A DNA stretch of 64,000 nt. Origin: Kiritimatiellota bacterium (GTDB lineage: Bacteria > Verrucomicrobiota > Kiritimatiellia > JAAZAB01). The stretch is taken from assembly GCA_026398415.1 (NCBI GenBank), contig JAPLSY010000032.1:15197-79196 (forward strand). Reading direction: 5' to 3'. Of the stretch, positions 38,735-49,236 are shown piece by piece. The position numbers and the translations under genes were made by a program. The stretch's first letter is position 1; every line of letters begins with the position of its first letter. The notes under the pieces are model-generated. The model did not search any database. It was not told the DNA's origin and was given only the letters and a program-made list of their open reading frames with translations.

Positions 38735-38763
38735 TTGACATTATATTTATAGTGCACTATATT
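38735..38763 (+). promoter_or_regulatory. Sigma70 promoter overlapped by a palindromic TetR-type operator
   Basis: TTGACA-17bp-TATATT; perfect palindrome TATAGTGCACTATA at 38748-38761. Confidence 0.75.
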
Positions 38764-38797
38764 TTCGGTGTTCTCTATAAAAAGGAACGAAATAGCT

Positions 38798-39463
38798 ATG
38801 AACCCAAACGATTATTCATTACGCGAAGTAAAGCATGCCCGGACCAAAATCGCCCTGATGAACGCTTTTATCGAGCGCCTGCGGAATTCCCGTTTTGAGG
38901 ACATTTCCATCAAGGACGTATGCCAGAGCGCCGAAATCTCGGAAGGCACATTTTTCAATTACTTTCCGGAAAAAATAGACGTCATCACCTACTATGTCAA
39001 CCTTATGACCATGGAACTCATCTGGAAGGCGCGGCAAAAAGCTGCCAAAGGCAGATCCATTGCCCTGCTTAATGCTTTTTTTGAGACATTGGCGGATGAT
39101 CTTATCAAGATCAACATTAAGTATGAACTTATTTCCATCATGATCGTTCAGCATGAAAGGCCCAAAAAAGCCGTCATTCCTGATATTGAAAAACATCTTT
39201 TTTTCCCGGATTTAGCCGGCATAGAGGATATTTCCCCTCTTTTGATCGATGAATTTTTCAGGGAGTGCATGGAGGGGGCGCTGAAAAACGGCGAACTCCC
39301 CGGGAGCGTCAATATTGATGACGCCCTGGTATCTTTGATAACGATCATGGTCGGCACGATGATAGCGATAAAATTTGCCAATACTAAGGATATTAAACAT
39401 CACTACAGGCGCCAATTGCAGGTGTTTTGGACGGAATTAGGCGTCAAGAAACAGAGAGGATAA
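38798..39463 (+). CDS. TetR/AcrR family regulator
   Basis: ISIKDVCQSAEISEGTFFNYFPEK HTH; first gene of the RND operon. Confidence 0.9.
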   Translation: MNPNDYSLREVKHARTKIALMNAFIERLRNSRFEDISIKDVCQSAEISEGTFFNYFPEKIDVITYYVNLMTMELIWKARQKAAKGRSIALLNAFFETLADDLIKINIKYELISIMIVQHERPKKAVIPDIEKHLFFPDLAGIEDISPLLIDEFFRECMEGALKNGELPGSVNIDDALVSLITIMVGTMIAIKFANTKDIKHHYRRQLQVFWTELGVKKQRG

Positions 39464-39465
39464 AA

Positions 39466-40677
39466 ATGAATACCCGACAATATGGAAATTATCTCATGGC
39501 CGCCGTTGGAGTTTTGATTACCGGACTGTTGTTGACCGGTTGCGGAATATTCAGGAAAGCGGGCGGTCCCCCACAGCGTCCCGCGCCGGAAGTGGCGGTC
39601 GTCACCGTGCAACCCGAGCGCATCGAAATCACCGCCGAACTGGCGGGGCGGGTTTCCGCCTTCCTGGTCGCCGAAGTGCGGCCCCAGGTGAGCGGCATCA
39701 TTCAAAAACGCCTGTTCGAGGAGGGCGGGGACGTCAAAGCCGGCAACCTGCTTTACCAGATCGATCCGGCATTCTATGAGGCGGCTTATGCCAGCGCCAA
39801 GGCGTCTCTGGCCAGGACTGAAGCTAATTTGCCGCCCGCCCGCTTAAAAGCCGAGCGTTACAAGGAACTGGTTGACATCAAAGCCATCAGCCAGCAGAAT
39901 TACGATGACGCAGTTGCGGCTCTTAAACAGGCCGAGGCGGACGTTGGCATTGCAAGAGCCGCCATGGAAACAGCCCGGATCAACCTGGCCTATACCGGCA
40001 TCACCGCGCCGATTTCCGGCCGCATCGGCAAATCATCGGTGACCATCGGGGCGCTGGCCACGGCGCATCAGGCCGTGCCCTTCACAACCATCCAGCAGCT
40101 TGACCCGGTCTATGTGGACGCGCCCCAGTCCAGCGCCAACCTGCTGCGTTTGAAACGCAATATGGCCAGCGGGAGCCTTACACGCGACGGCGAGGATCAG
40201 GCTCGGGTGCGGTTGCTCCTTGAAGACGACACGCCTTATCCATTGGAAGGTACGTTGAAGTTTTCCGATGTCACGGTGGATCCGAGTACCAGCTCATTTA
40301 TCTTCCGGACGATTTTTCCGAACCCGGACCACACCCTGTTGCCTGGAATGTATGTCCGCGCCGTCATTGAAGAAGGCGTGAACGAACAGGCGCTGCTTAT
40401 CCCGCAGCAGGGGATCTCCCGCGACCCGAAGGGCAACGCGCTTGCCATGCTGGTGGATGCCTCGGACAAGGCCGAACAAAGGGCCGTCAAAATTGACCGC
40501 GCCATCGGCAATAAATGGCTGGTAACCGAAGGCTTGAAACCCGGCGACCGGGTGATCATCGAGGGTGTTCAAAAAGTGAAGCCCGGCGCTTCGGTAAAGG
40601 TTGTTCCGTTCGATGCCGGCCGGAAAGATAGTCCCGGGGCCGGCCAAAAAACACCGCTGGCGGCAGAAGCGAAATAA
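39466..40677 (+). CDS. RND periplasmic adaptor (AcrA/MexA-like lipoprotein)
   Basis: LLTGC lipobox, AEVRPQVSGII, APISGRIG, LLPGMYVR. Confidence 0.93.
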   Translation: MNTRQYGNYLMAAVGVLITGLLLTGCGIFRKAGGPPQRPAPEVAVVTVQPERIEITAELAGRVSAFLVAEVRPQVSGIIQKRLFEEGGDVKAGNLLYQIDPAFYEAAYASAKASLARTEANLPPARLKAERYKELVDIKAISQQNYDDAVAALKQAEADVGIARAAMETARINLAYTGITAPISGRIGKSSVTIGALATAHQAVPFTTIQQLDPVYVDAPQSSANLLRLKRNMASGSLTRDGEDQARVRLLLEDDTPYPLEGTLKFSDVTVDPSTSSFIFRTIFPNPDHTLLPGMYVRAVIEEGVNEQALLIPQQGISRDPKGNALAMLVDASDKAEQRAVKIDRAIGNKWLVTEGLKPGDRVIIEGVQKVKPGASVKVVPFDAGRKDSPGAGQKTPLAAEAK

Positions 40678-40689
40678 CGGAGGCGCGAG

Positions 40690-43600
40690 ATGTTATCAAA
40701 ATTTTTCCTGGAACGTCCTGTCTTTGCCTGGGTCATTGCCATCATCCTGATGGTGGCGGGCTGTCTGGCCATCTACAAGCTGCCCATTTCGCAATACCCG
40801 CCCATTGCCCCCCCTTCCATCGCCATCACGGCCTCTTATCCGGGAGCATCGGCAAAAACGGTCGAAGACAGTGTGACGCAGATCATCGAGCAAAAGATGA
40901 CCGGTTTCGACAAGATGCTCTATCTCTCCGCCAGCAGCGATTCATCCGGATCTTCCCGGATCGAGTTGACCTTTGCAGCGGGCACCGATCCCGACCTGGC
41001 CTGGGCCCAGGTGCAGAACAAGCTCCAACTGGCCATGGCCAACCTGCCGGAAACGGTGCAGCGTTCGGGCATCAAGGTGGCCAAATCCACCCGGAACTAC
41101 CTGATGATCGTGGGCCTGATTTCGGAAGATGGGAGCATGGATGGGGACGATTTGCGGGATTACGCCCAATCCAGTTTGGAAAAGGTGCTTTCGCGGGTGC
41201 CGGGCGTGGGCGAGGTGGAACTCTTCGGCGGCCAATACGCCATGCGGGTATGGCTGAATCCGGACAAGTTAACCATGTATCAGATGACGATCCAGGATGT
41301 GACCACAGCGCTGAACGCCTATAACGTGGAAGTATCCGCGGGCCAGTTCGGCGGGGCGCCGGCCATCAAGGACCAGCGCCTGAATGCCACCATAACCGTC
41401 CAGAATCTGCTCAAGACCCCCGAGGAGTTTGCCGCGATCCCGATCCGCACCAACCCGGATGGCTCCATCGTACGGGTCAAGGACATAGGACGGACGGAAC
41501 TCGGCGCGGAATCGTACGATATGGAAGTCTTTCACAACGGGAAGCCTTCCGCCGCCCTGGCCATCCGGCAGTCCGCCGGCGCCAACGCGCTGGATACGGC
41601 CAAAGCCATAAGGGCCAAGCTGGATGAGATGAGCCAATTTTTCCCCGCCGGAATGAAAGTGGTGTATCCCTACGATACCACGCCTTTTGTCAAGGTGGCC
41701 ATCGAGGAAGTGGTCAAGACCCTTCTCGAGGCGATCGTGCTGGTGTTCCTGGTGATGTATCTGTTCATGGGCAACATGCGGGCCACCCTGATTCCGACCA
41801 TTGCGGTGCCGATCGTGATCCTGGGTACCTTCGCGATGCTGGGGCTTTTCGGGTTCTCCATCAACATGCTGACCATGTTCGCCATGGTGCTGGCCATCGG
41901 CCTCCTGGTGGATGATGCCATCGTGGTGGTGGAAAACGTGGAGCGGATCATGAGCGAGGAAGGCCTTTCTCCAAAGGAGGCCACGGCCAAGTCCATGACC
42001 CAGATTACCAGCGCGTTGATCGGCATCGGGTTGGTGCTCTCGGCAGTCTTCGGACCGATGGCGTTTTTCGCGGGATCCACGGGCGTCATTTATCGCCAGT
42101 TTTCCGTGACCATCATGGCCGCCATGCTGCTTTCGGTGGTGGTGGCCTTGGTGCTGACGCCCGTCCTGTGCGCCTCCCTTCTCAAGCCGGTGCCCAAGGG
42201 CCATGAACCGGCCGAGGGCGGGGTCTGGCTGCTGCGTCCGTTCTTCCGATGGTTTGACCGCGTCTTTTTCCGGACCCGCGACCGGTATGTGCAGGTGGTC
42301 GGCCACTCGCTTGCCCATAATTTCCGCTACGTGATTATCTTCGTCCTGATCGTGGCGGCGATGGGATTCCTCTTCAAGCGGATGCCCACCGCGTATCTCC
42401 CGGACGAAGATCAGGGAATCCTGATGGTGCAGGCCATGCTTCCGGCGAACTCAACCCTGGAACAGACAAAAGCGGTCATGGATCGGGTGAAGGACTATTT
42501 TCTAGAACACGAGAAGGACGCGGTGGAATCATGCATGACGATTTCCGGCGCCAACTTCGCCGGACATGGGCAGAATACTGGAATGTCTTTTGCCAAGCTC
42601 AAGGATTGGAAGCTTCGCAACCGGTCGGACCTGAAGGTTGGCGCCATCGCGGGAAGGGCCATGGGAGCTTTTTCCCAGATTCGCAACGCCATGGTGTTTG
42701 CCTTCGCACCACCGGCCGTTGTCGAACTGGGCATGGCCAAGGGGTTTGACTTTCAGCTGCTGGATCGCGGCGGCCTTGGCCACGCCGGCCTGATGGCCGC
42801 CCGCAACCAACTCCTCGGCATGGCCGCCCAGAGCCCGGTCCTGGCCAAGGTTCGCCCCAACGGCCTGGAAGACGTGCCCGAATACCGGATCGACGTAGAT
42901 TGGGAGAAGGCCGGCGCCCTGGGTGTGCCCATCTCCTCAATCCACAACACCATCTCGGCCGCTTTCGGCAGTGCCTATATCAACGACTTCATTCAAGGCG
43001 GGCGCGTGAAAAGGGTGTATGCCCAGGCCGATGCGCCCTATCGCATGTTGCCCGGCGATCTGGAAAAACTTTATGTGCGCAACAACGCGGACAAGATGGT
43101 TCCATTTTCCTCCTTTGCGGCTGGGCACTGGACCTCCGGTTCGCCGAAGCTGGAGCGCTTCAACGGCTTTCCATCCATAAATATCCAGGGCGAGTCGGCG
43201 GCAGGGAGAAGTTCCGGCGAGGCCATGACCACCATGGAAGGATTTGTCAAGAAGCTGCCCCTGGGGATCGGCTTCGACTGGACGGGCCTCTCTTATCAGG
43301 AGCGGCAGAGCGGCGCCCAGGCTATTCCCCTGTATGCCTTTTCCATCTTGGTGATTTTCCTGTGCCTGGCAGCCCTGTATGAGAGCTGGCCCATCCCCAT
43401 TTCGATCCTGCTGGCCCTGCCTCTGGGGGTCATCGGCGGGGTGATCGCCTCATCGTCCCGGGGGTTGCCCAATGACGTCTATTTCCAGATCGGACTGTTG
43501 ACCACCCTCGGCCTGACCACCAAGAACGCCATCCTGATCGTTCAGTTTGCCAAGACCCGGGTGGAAGAAGGCAAGGGACTGATCGAAGCCACTCTGGAAG

Positions 43601-43863
43601 GCGCCAAACTGCGGTTGCGACCTATTGTGATGACCTCGTTGGCCTTCGGGTTCGGAGTTCTGCCACTAACTTTGGCGAGCGGGGCGGGCGCGGGTGCGCA
43701 AAAGGCCATCGGCACTGCGGTGCTGGGCGGCGTGGTAACTTCCACCTTCCTGGTGACCATATTTGCGCCGCTTTTTTATGTGTTGATCGAAAAGAACTTT
43801 GGCAAACGCAACAAGCAACCTGCCGCCAAGACATTTGAGATCAATTCACCCGGAGATCAATGA
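40690..43863 (+). CDS. RND efflux permease (AcrB/MexB-like)
   Basis: [46 protein letters not shown]. Confidence 0.96.
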   Translation: MLSKFFLERPVFAWVIAIILMVAGCLAIYKLPISQYPPIAPPSIAITASYPGASAKTVEDSVTQIIEQKMTGFDKMLYLSASSDSSGSSRIELTFAAGTDPDLAWAQVQNKLQLAMANLPETVQRSGIKVAKSTRNYLMIVGLISEDGSMDGDDLRDYAQSSLEKVLSRVPGVGEVELFGGQYAMRVWLNPDKLTMYQMTIQDVTTALNAYNVEVSAGQFGGAPAIKDQRLNATITVQNLLKTPEEFAAIPIRTNPDGSIVRVKDIGRTELGAESYDMEVFHNGKPSAALAIRQSAGANALDTAKAIRAKLDEMSQFFPAGMKVVYPYDTTPFVKVAIEEVVKTLLEAIVLVFLVMYLFMGNMRATLIPTIAVPIVILGTFAMLGLFGFSINMLTMFAMVLAIGLLVDDAIVVVENVERIMSEEGLSPKEATAKSMTQITSALIGIGLVLSAVFGPMAFFAGSTGVIYRQFSVTIMAAMLLSVVVALVLTPVLCASLLKPVPKGHEPAEGGVWLLRPFFRWFDRVFFRTRDRYVQVVGHSLAHNFRYVIIFVLIVAAMGFLFKRMPTAYLPDEDQGILMVQAMLPANSTLEQTKAVMDRVKDYFLEHEKDAVESCMTISGANFAGHGQNTGMSFAKLKDWKLRNRSDLKVGAIAGRAMGAFSQIRNAMVFAFAPPAVVELGMAKGFDFQLLDRGGLGHAGLMAARNQLLGMAAQSPVLAKVRPNGLEDVPEYRIDVDWEKAGALGVPISSIHNTISAAFGSAYINDFIQGGRVKRVYAQADAPYRMLPGDLEKLYVRNNADKMVPFSSFAAGHWTSGSPKLERFNGFPSINIQGESAAGRSSGEAMTTMEGFVKKLPLGIGFDWTGLSYQERQSGAQAIPLYAFSILVIFLCLAALYESWPIPISILLALPLGVIGGVIASSSRGLPNDVYFQIGLLTTLGLTTKNAILIVQFAKTRVEEGKGLIEATLEGAKLRLRPIVMTSLAFGFGVLPLTLASGAGAGAQKAIGTAVLGGVVTSTFLVTIFAPLFYVLIEKNFGKRNKQPAAKTFEINSPGDQ

Positions 43864-43864
43864 A

Positions 43865-45262
43865 ATGAATAAACACATGCTTCTTTTACTGGTTGGCATT
43901 GCAGCCGTCTTTGGCGGCTGCACCCTGATTCCAAAATACGTCCGGCCACAAGCACCGGTGCCGGCCACTTGGCCGACCGGTTCCGCCTACAAGGCCACGA
44001 CCGCCAAAACGAACAGCCCGACTGCCGCCGACATACCCTGGCACGATTTTTTCTCCGATGCCAAGCTCCAGAAAATAATCGATTTGGCGCTGACCAATAA
44101 CCGCGACCTGCGGGTGGCAGTACTGACTATTGAAAAAACAAGGGCCATGTACCGCATTCAACGCGCCGATCTTCTACCAACGGTTAATGTCGTTGGTTAT
44201 GGCACCAGGCAACAAATATTCGCCAATGTCGCAACTTTTGAAGAATCTATGCAGGTTGAGTATTATACGGTGAACGTCGGATTCAGTTCCTATGAGCTGG
44301 ACTTTTTTGGGCGGATCCGCAGTCTCAAGGCGCGCGCGCTGGAGCAATACCTTGCCACCGAGCAGGCCCGGTGCAGTCTGCAAATATCCCTAGTGGCCGA
44401 GGTTGTCGGCACTTACCTGAACTTGGCCGCCGACCGCGACCTGTTGCGCCTGGCGCAGGATACTCTGGAGAGCCAGGAGTCAACCTATGAACTGATCCAA
44501 CGGCGTTTTGAACTGGGCGACGCATCTGAGCTGGAGCTGCGCCAGGCGCAGACCCGCGTGGATGCGGCGCGGGTGGACATCGCCAAATACACCGGTCTGA
44601 CGGCCCTGCACGAAAACGCGCTCAACCTTCTGGCCGGGACGCAGGTACCATCAGAATTTTTGCCCCGTGAATTGACGGCGCTGAAGGATATCCGCGCCGG
44701 GTTGCCGTCGGAGGTCCTGCAGCGCCGTCCGGACATTCTCCAGGCCGAGAACCAACTCAAGGCCGCCAACGCCAACATCGGCGCGGCGCGGGCCGCGTTT
44801 TTTCCATCCATTATGTTGACCGGCACCTACGGCACAATGGACGACCAGTTGGCCGGACTCTTCAAAGGCGGTTCGGCCGTCTGGGGGTTTACGCCGCAAA
44901 TCACACTGCCGATCTTCGACACTGGCCGAAACATGGCCAACTTGGATGCGGCCAAGGCTGAGCGCGATATCTGCCTGGCCCAGTACGAGAAGGCAATCCA
45001 GACGGCCTTCCGGGAAGTGGCCGACGCCCTTGCGCAGCGGGGAAGCCTGTTGGATCAATTGGAAGCGCAAGAGTCGCTTGTGGAGGCCACCGCCGCGAGC
45101 TATTCGCTCTCCGATGCGCGCTACCGCAACGGGATTGAGGGTTATCTGACCGTTTTGGACTCGCAACGTTCGCTCTATGGCGCGCGACAGGGGCTGATCG
45201 CCATCCGCCTCGCCCGGCTTGCCAACCTGGTAACGCTCTACAAGGTTTTGGGAGGTGGGTAA
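43865..45262 (+). CDS. Outer-membrane efflux lipoprotein (OprM/NodT-like)
   Basis: GGC lipobox, [26 protein letters not shown]. Confidence 0.93.
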   Translation: MNKHMLLLLVGIAAVFGGCTLIPKYVRPQAPVPATWPTGSAYKATTAKTNSPTAADIPWHDFFSDAKLQKIIDLALTNNRDLRVAVLTIEKTRAMYRIQRADLLPTVNVVGYGTRQQIFANVATFEESMQVEYYTVNVGFSSYELDFFGRIRSLKARALEQYLATEQARCSLQISLVAEVVGTYLNLAADRDLLRLAQDTLESQESTYELIQRRFELGDASELELRQAQTRVDAARVDIAKYTGLTALHENALNLLAGTQVPSEFLPRELTALKDIRAGLPSEVLQRRPDILQAENQLKAANANIGAARAAFFPSIMLTGTYGTMDDQLAGLFKGGSAVWGFTPQITLPIFDTGRNMANLDAAKAERDICLAQYEKAIQTAFREVADALAQRGSLLDQLEAQESLVEATAASYSLSDARYRNGIEGYLTVLDSQRSLYGARQGLIAIRLARLANLVTLYKVLGGG

Positions 45263-45385
45263 TCCTATGCGGTAAAAGCTTATTAAAGATAAAATGCAAA
45301 AGCATTATTCATTTCATGCCACTGGCCACGCGTTGAACCGATAATTGGGAAACAAACGGGATAAACAATACAAAAGGAAAAGCCC

Positions 45386-45661
45386 ATGAAACAAAGTCTT
45401 AAACGCAAGCAAGTGACATTCACATTTAAAAACGATCCCGGCAAAGAAGTATTCATTGCCGGCTCATTTAACAATTGGGATCAAAAACACGACAAGCTTA
45501 CAGAGACAAATCAGCCGGGGATATATACCATCACGATTATGGTTGCCAGGGGACGCTACGAGTACAAATTTGTTGTGGACAATGTTTGGTATGTCGATCC
45601 GAAGAATCCGGAATCTGCCGTTAATGACCGTGGCTGGATGAACAGCGTATTTACGGTTTGA
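45386..45661 (+). CDS. Stand-alone glycogen-binding domain (CBM48/AMPK1_CBM-like)
   Basis: VFIAGSFNNW...GRYEYKFVVD..W..DP.N....NS. Confidence 0.85.
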   Translation: MKQSLKRKQVTFTFKNDPGKEVFIAGSFNNWDQKHDKLTETNQPGIYTITIMVARGRYEYKFVVDNVWYVDPKNPESAVNDRGWMNSVFTV

Positions 45662-45700
45662 TGTGTCGCGACGGGCATCATTTGTAATGAGGTTCCTAAC

Positions 45701-45919
45701 TTGAGAGCGCTTATTTGGATTGTCAGATTTATGTGCCTTCTCGTAGCCGTGTGGAGCGTGTACGGTTTCGGTGGGTCAACCTTGGTCGAACTCCTGGAGC
45801 ACAAGGCAAGGTGCTCTCTGATAGGGGCCGCCGCCATTGTATCAATCCTTGTCGCCGTGCTGGGGACGATCTCGCTGATTCCAAACAAGAAATCGTCAAC
45901 GTCAAATGGAGCTAAATAA
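45701..45919 (+). CDS. Small hypothetical membrane protein
   Basis: TTG start after GAGG, two hydrophobic segments, fills the intergenic gap. Confidence 0.35.
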   Translation: MRALIWIVRFMCLLVAVWSVYGFGGSTLVELLEHKARCSLIGAAAIVSILVAVLGTISLIPNKKSSTSNGAK

Positions 45920-45928
45920 TACTTAAGA

Positions 45929-46750
45929 TCAGCCCTGGTCCGGTTGCAGTCTGTTCTTCCGATATTGAAGCGGCGAGCATCCGGTGATGGCGCGGAATAC
46001 ACGCGAAAAATGAAACTGATCGCAAAAACCAAGTTCGGCCGCGATCTCGGCCACGCCCGCGGCGGTATCATGGAGCCTGAACTGGGCGCGCTCGATACGA
46101 CGGCGCTGGAGATAATGCAAAGGGGGCACGCCGAAATGGCGGCAAAATAAATTGCTGAAATAGTTCGGCTGCAGATGCATTACCCGCGCCAGTTCGGCGA
46201 GCGTGAGACGCTCGCACAGATGGTCGTCAATGTGCGTCAGGACGCTGTGAAAACGCCCGAAGTGGCGAATACGCTGTATTAGAAACGTTTCGGTCTCCTG
46301 GGCGCTTCTCAGAAAACAGGCCAGTATCTGCCGAATAATACCATCACGCTCCACACCCGTGGCAAAATCATCCGGCGCCGCAGTGCGCATGAAGCGATCC
46401 CAAAGGTCAGAAATAAAGCCGGGATTAGACGGGGTCAGCGCCAGCGGCATTTGGACGATCTGCGTGATATCCATGGCGCCGCTGAACAATTCCGCGTTGA
46501 AATGAATCCAAGCCAGGTTGATCGGTGTCGAACAGCTGTAATCGGCCGTCTGGTTGGCGGGGAAAAGATAGAGCCGGCCAGGCCGGAGTTCCACACGCTG
46601 ACGCTCGTGAACAACCAGACCACATCCGCGATCCAGCCAGTACAGCCGGTTAAATGGACTGCGAATGCCCGGTCCGCCCCACGTTCTTGGATAATGCCAG
46701 CGCCTGAAGATGAGGATACGAATCTGCAAAGATGAAGGTAAAGTGTCCAT
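45929..46750 (-). CDS. AraC family transcriptional regulator
   Basis: WIHF cupin motif, YFSNLFCRHFG.PP, LGFCDQFHFSRVF; divergent from URO-D gene. Confidence 0.9.
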   Translation of the reverse strand: MDTLPSSLQIRILIFRRWHYPRTWGGPGIRSPFNRLYWLDRGCGLVVHERQRVELRPGRLYLFPANQTADYSCSTPINLAWIHFNAELFSGAMDITQIVQMPLALTPSNPGFISDLWDRFMRTAAPDDFATGVERDGIIRQILACFLRSAQETETFLIQRIRHFGRFHSVLTHIDDHLCERLTLAELARVMHLQPNYFSNLFCRHFGVPPLHYLQRRRIERAQFRLHDTAAGVAEIAAELGFCDQFHFSRVFRAITGCSPLQYRKNRLQPDQG

Positions 46751-46897
46751 GCATGTTTCTTAAGATAACATATTGCGACGTGATTGCATCTGTAAAAGAT
46801 ACATAAATTACATAATTCCAGCCATTCTTTTTTTACGTTGAACCATGCTATAGATGTGGACAACTGAACCGGCGTGACAATGTAGAGGAGGACCACC

Positions 46898-47911
46898 ATG
46901 AGCCGCAAGATCGCCCTGGACACCATCTGCCTGCGTCCGACGCCCCGTATTGCCCACACCGAATATTCCATGGATTACCATAAGGAATACATTGCCAAGC
47001 TTGGCCAGCCCCTGAATGACGCGTGGGATATCGACTTTATCTGGCGTACAGACAATGGACCGATCGACTGGGGAGCGCAAGGGCGTGCCACTGATATGGG
47101 CCATGCCGTTTATGCCGCCGACGGCAGCGACCTCCATCAAGCGCATCCCTGTCCCTTCCTGGATCCGGAAGAGGTTTATGAATTCGATCCGGTACGTGAA
47201 TATGGGATTCCCGCGCACCGCGAGTTGGTCAAGTACTATGCAGACAGCTATCAAAAAGCGCAGGCCGCCAATCCCAACCAACTGGTCACGGGTGGATATT
47301 ATCCAACGGTCATTTCCGGAGCTATCGCCGCGTTTGGCTGGGATATGTTGCTTCTGGCCGCGGCGGATGAGGCGCGATTTGCAAAAGTGCTTGAGCGCAT
47401 CGGCGACTACACGCGGCATTACGTTCTGGCCCAGGCGGAAACGGACATCGAAGTGTTCATCCAGCACGACGATATGGTGTGGACCGAGGGTCCCTTCATC
47501 AGTCCGGAGTTCTATCGGGGCGTTATTTTTCCCCTCTTCAAACGGATGTGGGAACCCCTCAAAAAGGCCGGAAAAAAGGTACTTTTCTGCTCCGACGGTA
47601 CCTTCGATATGTTCATGGAGGATATTGCCGCCTGCGGCGCCGACGGCTTTATCTTTGAGCCGACCAACAACCTGGATTACGTAGTGGAACGTTTCGGCAA
47701 AACTCATTGCATCGTGGGCAGCAAGGTGGATTGTCGCACGATGACATTCGGAACATGGGCACAGGTCAAGGCGGAAATTGACGCCACGCTCGTGCTGGCC
47801 AGAAAATGCCCGGGCTTTATGTGGGCCGTCGGCAACCACATTCCGGCCAATGTTTCGGATGAAATGTGCGCCAATTACATTCGCTACTTGAAGGCCAACT
47901 GGAAACGGTAA
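46898..47911 (+). CDS. URO-D family protein
   Basis: HDDMVW, LFCSDG, DGFIFEP, VDCRTM, GNHIPANV. Confidence 0.8.
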   Translation: MSRKIALDTICLRPTPRIAHTEYSMDYHKEYIAKLGQPLNDAWDIDFIWRTDNGPIDWGAQGRATDMGHAVYAADGSDLHQAHPCPFLDPEEVYEFDPVREYGIPAHRELVKYYADSYQKAQAANPNQLVTGGYYPTVISGAIAAFGWDMLLLAAADEARFAKVLERIGDYTRHYVLAQAETDIEVFIQHDDMVWTEGPFISPEFYRGVIFPLFKRMWEPLKKAGKKVLFCSDGTFDMFMEDIAACGADGFIFEPTNNLDYVVERFGKTHCIVGSKVDCRTMTFGTWAQVKAEIDATLVLARKCPGFMWAVGNHIPANVSDEMCANYIRYLKANWKR

Positions 47912-47947
47912 TCGCCGTGGGGCCGTTGCGCGGTCTGTCTCTACTGT

Positions 47948-49234
47948 TCATTGTACGGCTGTGGAGGTCTCTTGCCCTGTAACTGCCACAACCGGCCAAT
48001 TTTCAATCGGCCGGTCAAACTCAAGTTTAATCACCGGCAATTCGTTTATTAGGCGCTCGACCGGCAGATGGTAAAGACGCAAAGCGGTTTTAACCGGCTC
48101 CATATGCAGGATGGGCAGACGGTTGAGATCGAAGCCAACCGGTTCGCCGGTGTTCAGCAGCGTTGCCCGTGCCGGCAGAATATTTATCGGATTCAGAATC
48201 ACCGACGTTGTCTTGGGCTCTTCAATAAGATGAACATACAAAACATTATTCTTACTTGTCAGGATTACATCCCGGTTGGCGGTTAATCCGCAGGAAAATC
48301 CGGTATCCTGCCATGCTTCGCCAACCCGGTTGTACCATCGGCCGATTACCTGCAATATGCGCGCCTGCTCCGGCGGAATAAGACCATCCGCATCGGGACC
48401 GACATTAAGCAGAAAATTAGCCCTCTTGGACAACATCATATCCATACGGCGCATGAGATAATGGGGTGTAAAATAGTCTTCATCTTTGCGGAACCCCCAA
48501 CTCTGGGAGCCGATCGATTCGCAGGCTTCAGTTGGCCTGGCAAACGCTTCAAACGCATAAGCCGACTTGTCATAATTGCGTTCCGGGGTTCCGAAATCAC
48601 CCTCGTCCCATCCGCGGTCATTAATCACGCAGGATGGTTGAAGATTGCGGATTAATGCGTTGACCGATCGGTCAACAATGCCCGTGCGGTTGGTGTCCCA
48701 CCAGAACATATCCAGCTTGCCATAGTTGCTGCAAAGTTCCCGGACTTGGGCACGGATAAACTGCATATATTTGTCATAATCAGGTTCATCGCCGGGCTCG
48801 GCGGCTGATTCATGACCTTTGCCGGTACGCGGATAATTTTTATGAAGATTATCCAGGGCGGAGAAATAAACGCCAAAATGAAAATTACGGCGATGGCAGG
48901 CATCGGCCAGCATGCCGACAATATCTTTTTTGAATGGCGTATTGGTAATTTTGAAATCCGAAACGGCACTGTCAAACATACAGAAGCCGTCCATATGTTT
49001 GGCGATCATCACAATATAACGCATCCCGCTTTGCTCAGCCAAGTCGAGCCATTTATCGGGATTAAAGGCCTGCGGATTAAACCGGGAGGCAAGGCGGCGG
49101 TATGCATCGCGTTGCATTCCCAGGCGGTAATGTTCCTGTTCGTGCCAGCCGTTAATGGCGTAAATACCCCAGTGAACAAACATGCCGAATCGCGCCCTGA
49201 AAAACCAGTCCCTGGGATCATGAAATTGAAACAT
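47948..49234 (-). CDS. Alpha-L-fucosidase (GH29)
   Basis: WFFRARFGMFVHWGIY, AKHMDGFCMFDS, WWD, INDR, LLNVGP; start placed at MFQF. Confidence 0.9.
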   Translation of the reverse strand: MFQFHDPRDWFFRARFGMFVHWGIYAINGWHEQEHYRLGMQRDAYRRLASRFNPQAFNPDKWLDLAEQSGMRYIVMIAKHMDGFCMFDSAVSDFKITNTPFKKDIVGMLADACHRRNFHFGVYFSALDNLHKNYPRTGKGHESAAEPGDEPDYDKYMQFIRAQVRELCSNYGKLDMFWWDTNRTGIVDRSVNALIRNLQPSCVINDRGWDEGDFGTPERNYDKSAYAFEAFARPTEACESIGSQSWGFRKDEDYFTPHYLMRRMDMMLSKRANFLLNVGPDADGLIPPEQARILQVIGRWYNRVGEAWQDTGFSCGLTANRDVILTSKNNVLYVHLIEEPKTTSVILNPINILPARATLLNTGEPVGFDLNRLPILHMEPVKTALRLYHLPVERLINELPVIKLEFDRPIENWPVVAVTGQETSTAVQ

Positions 49235-49236
49235 GG

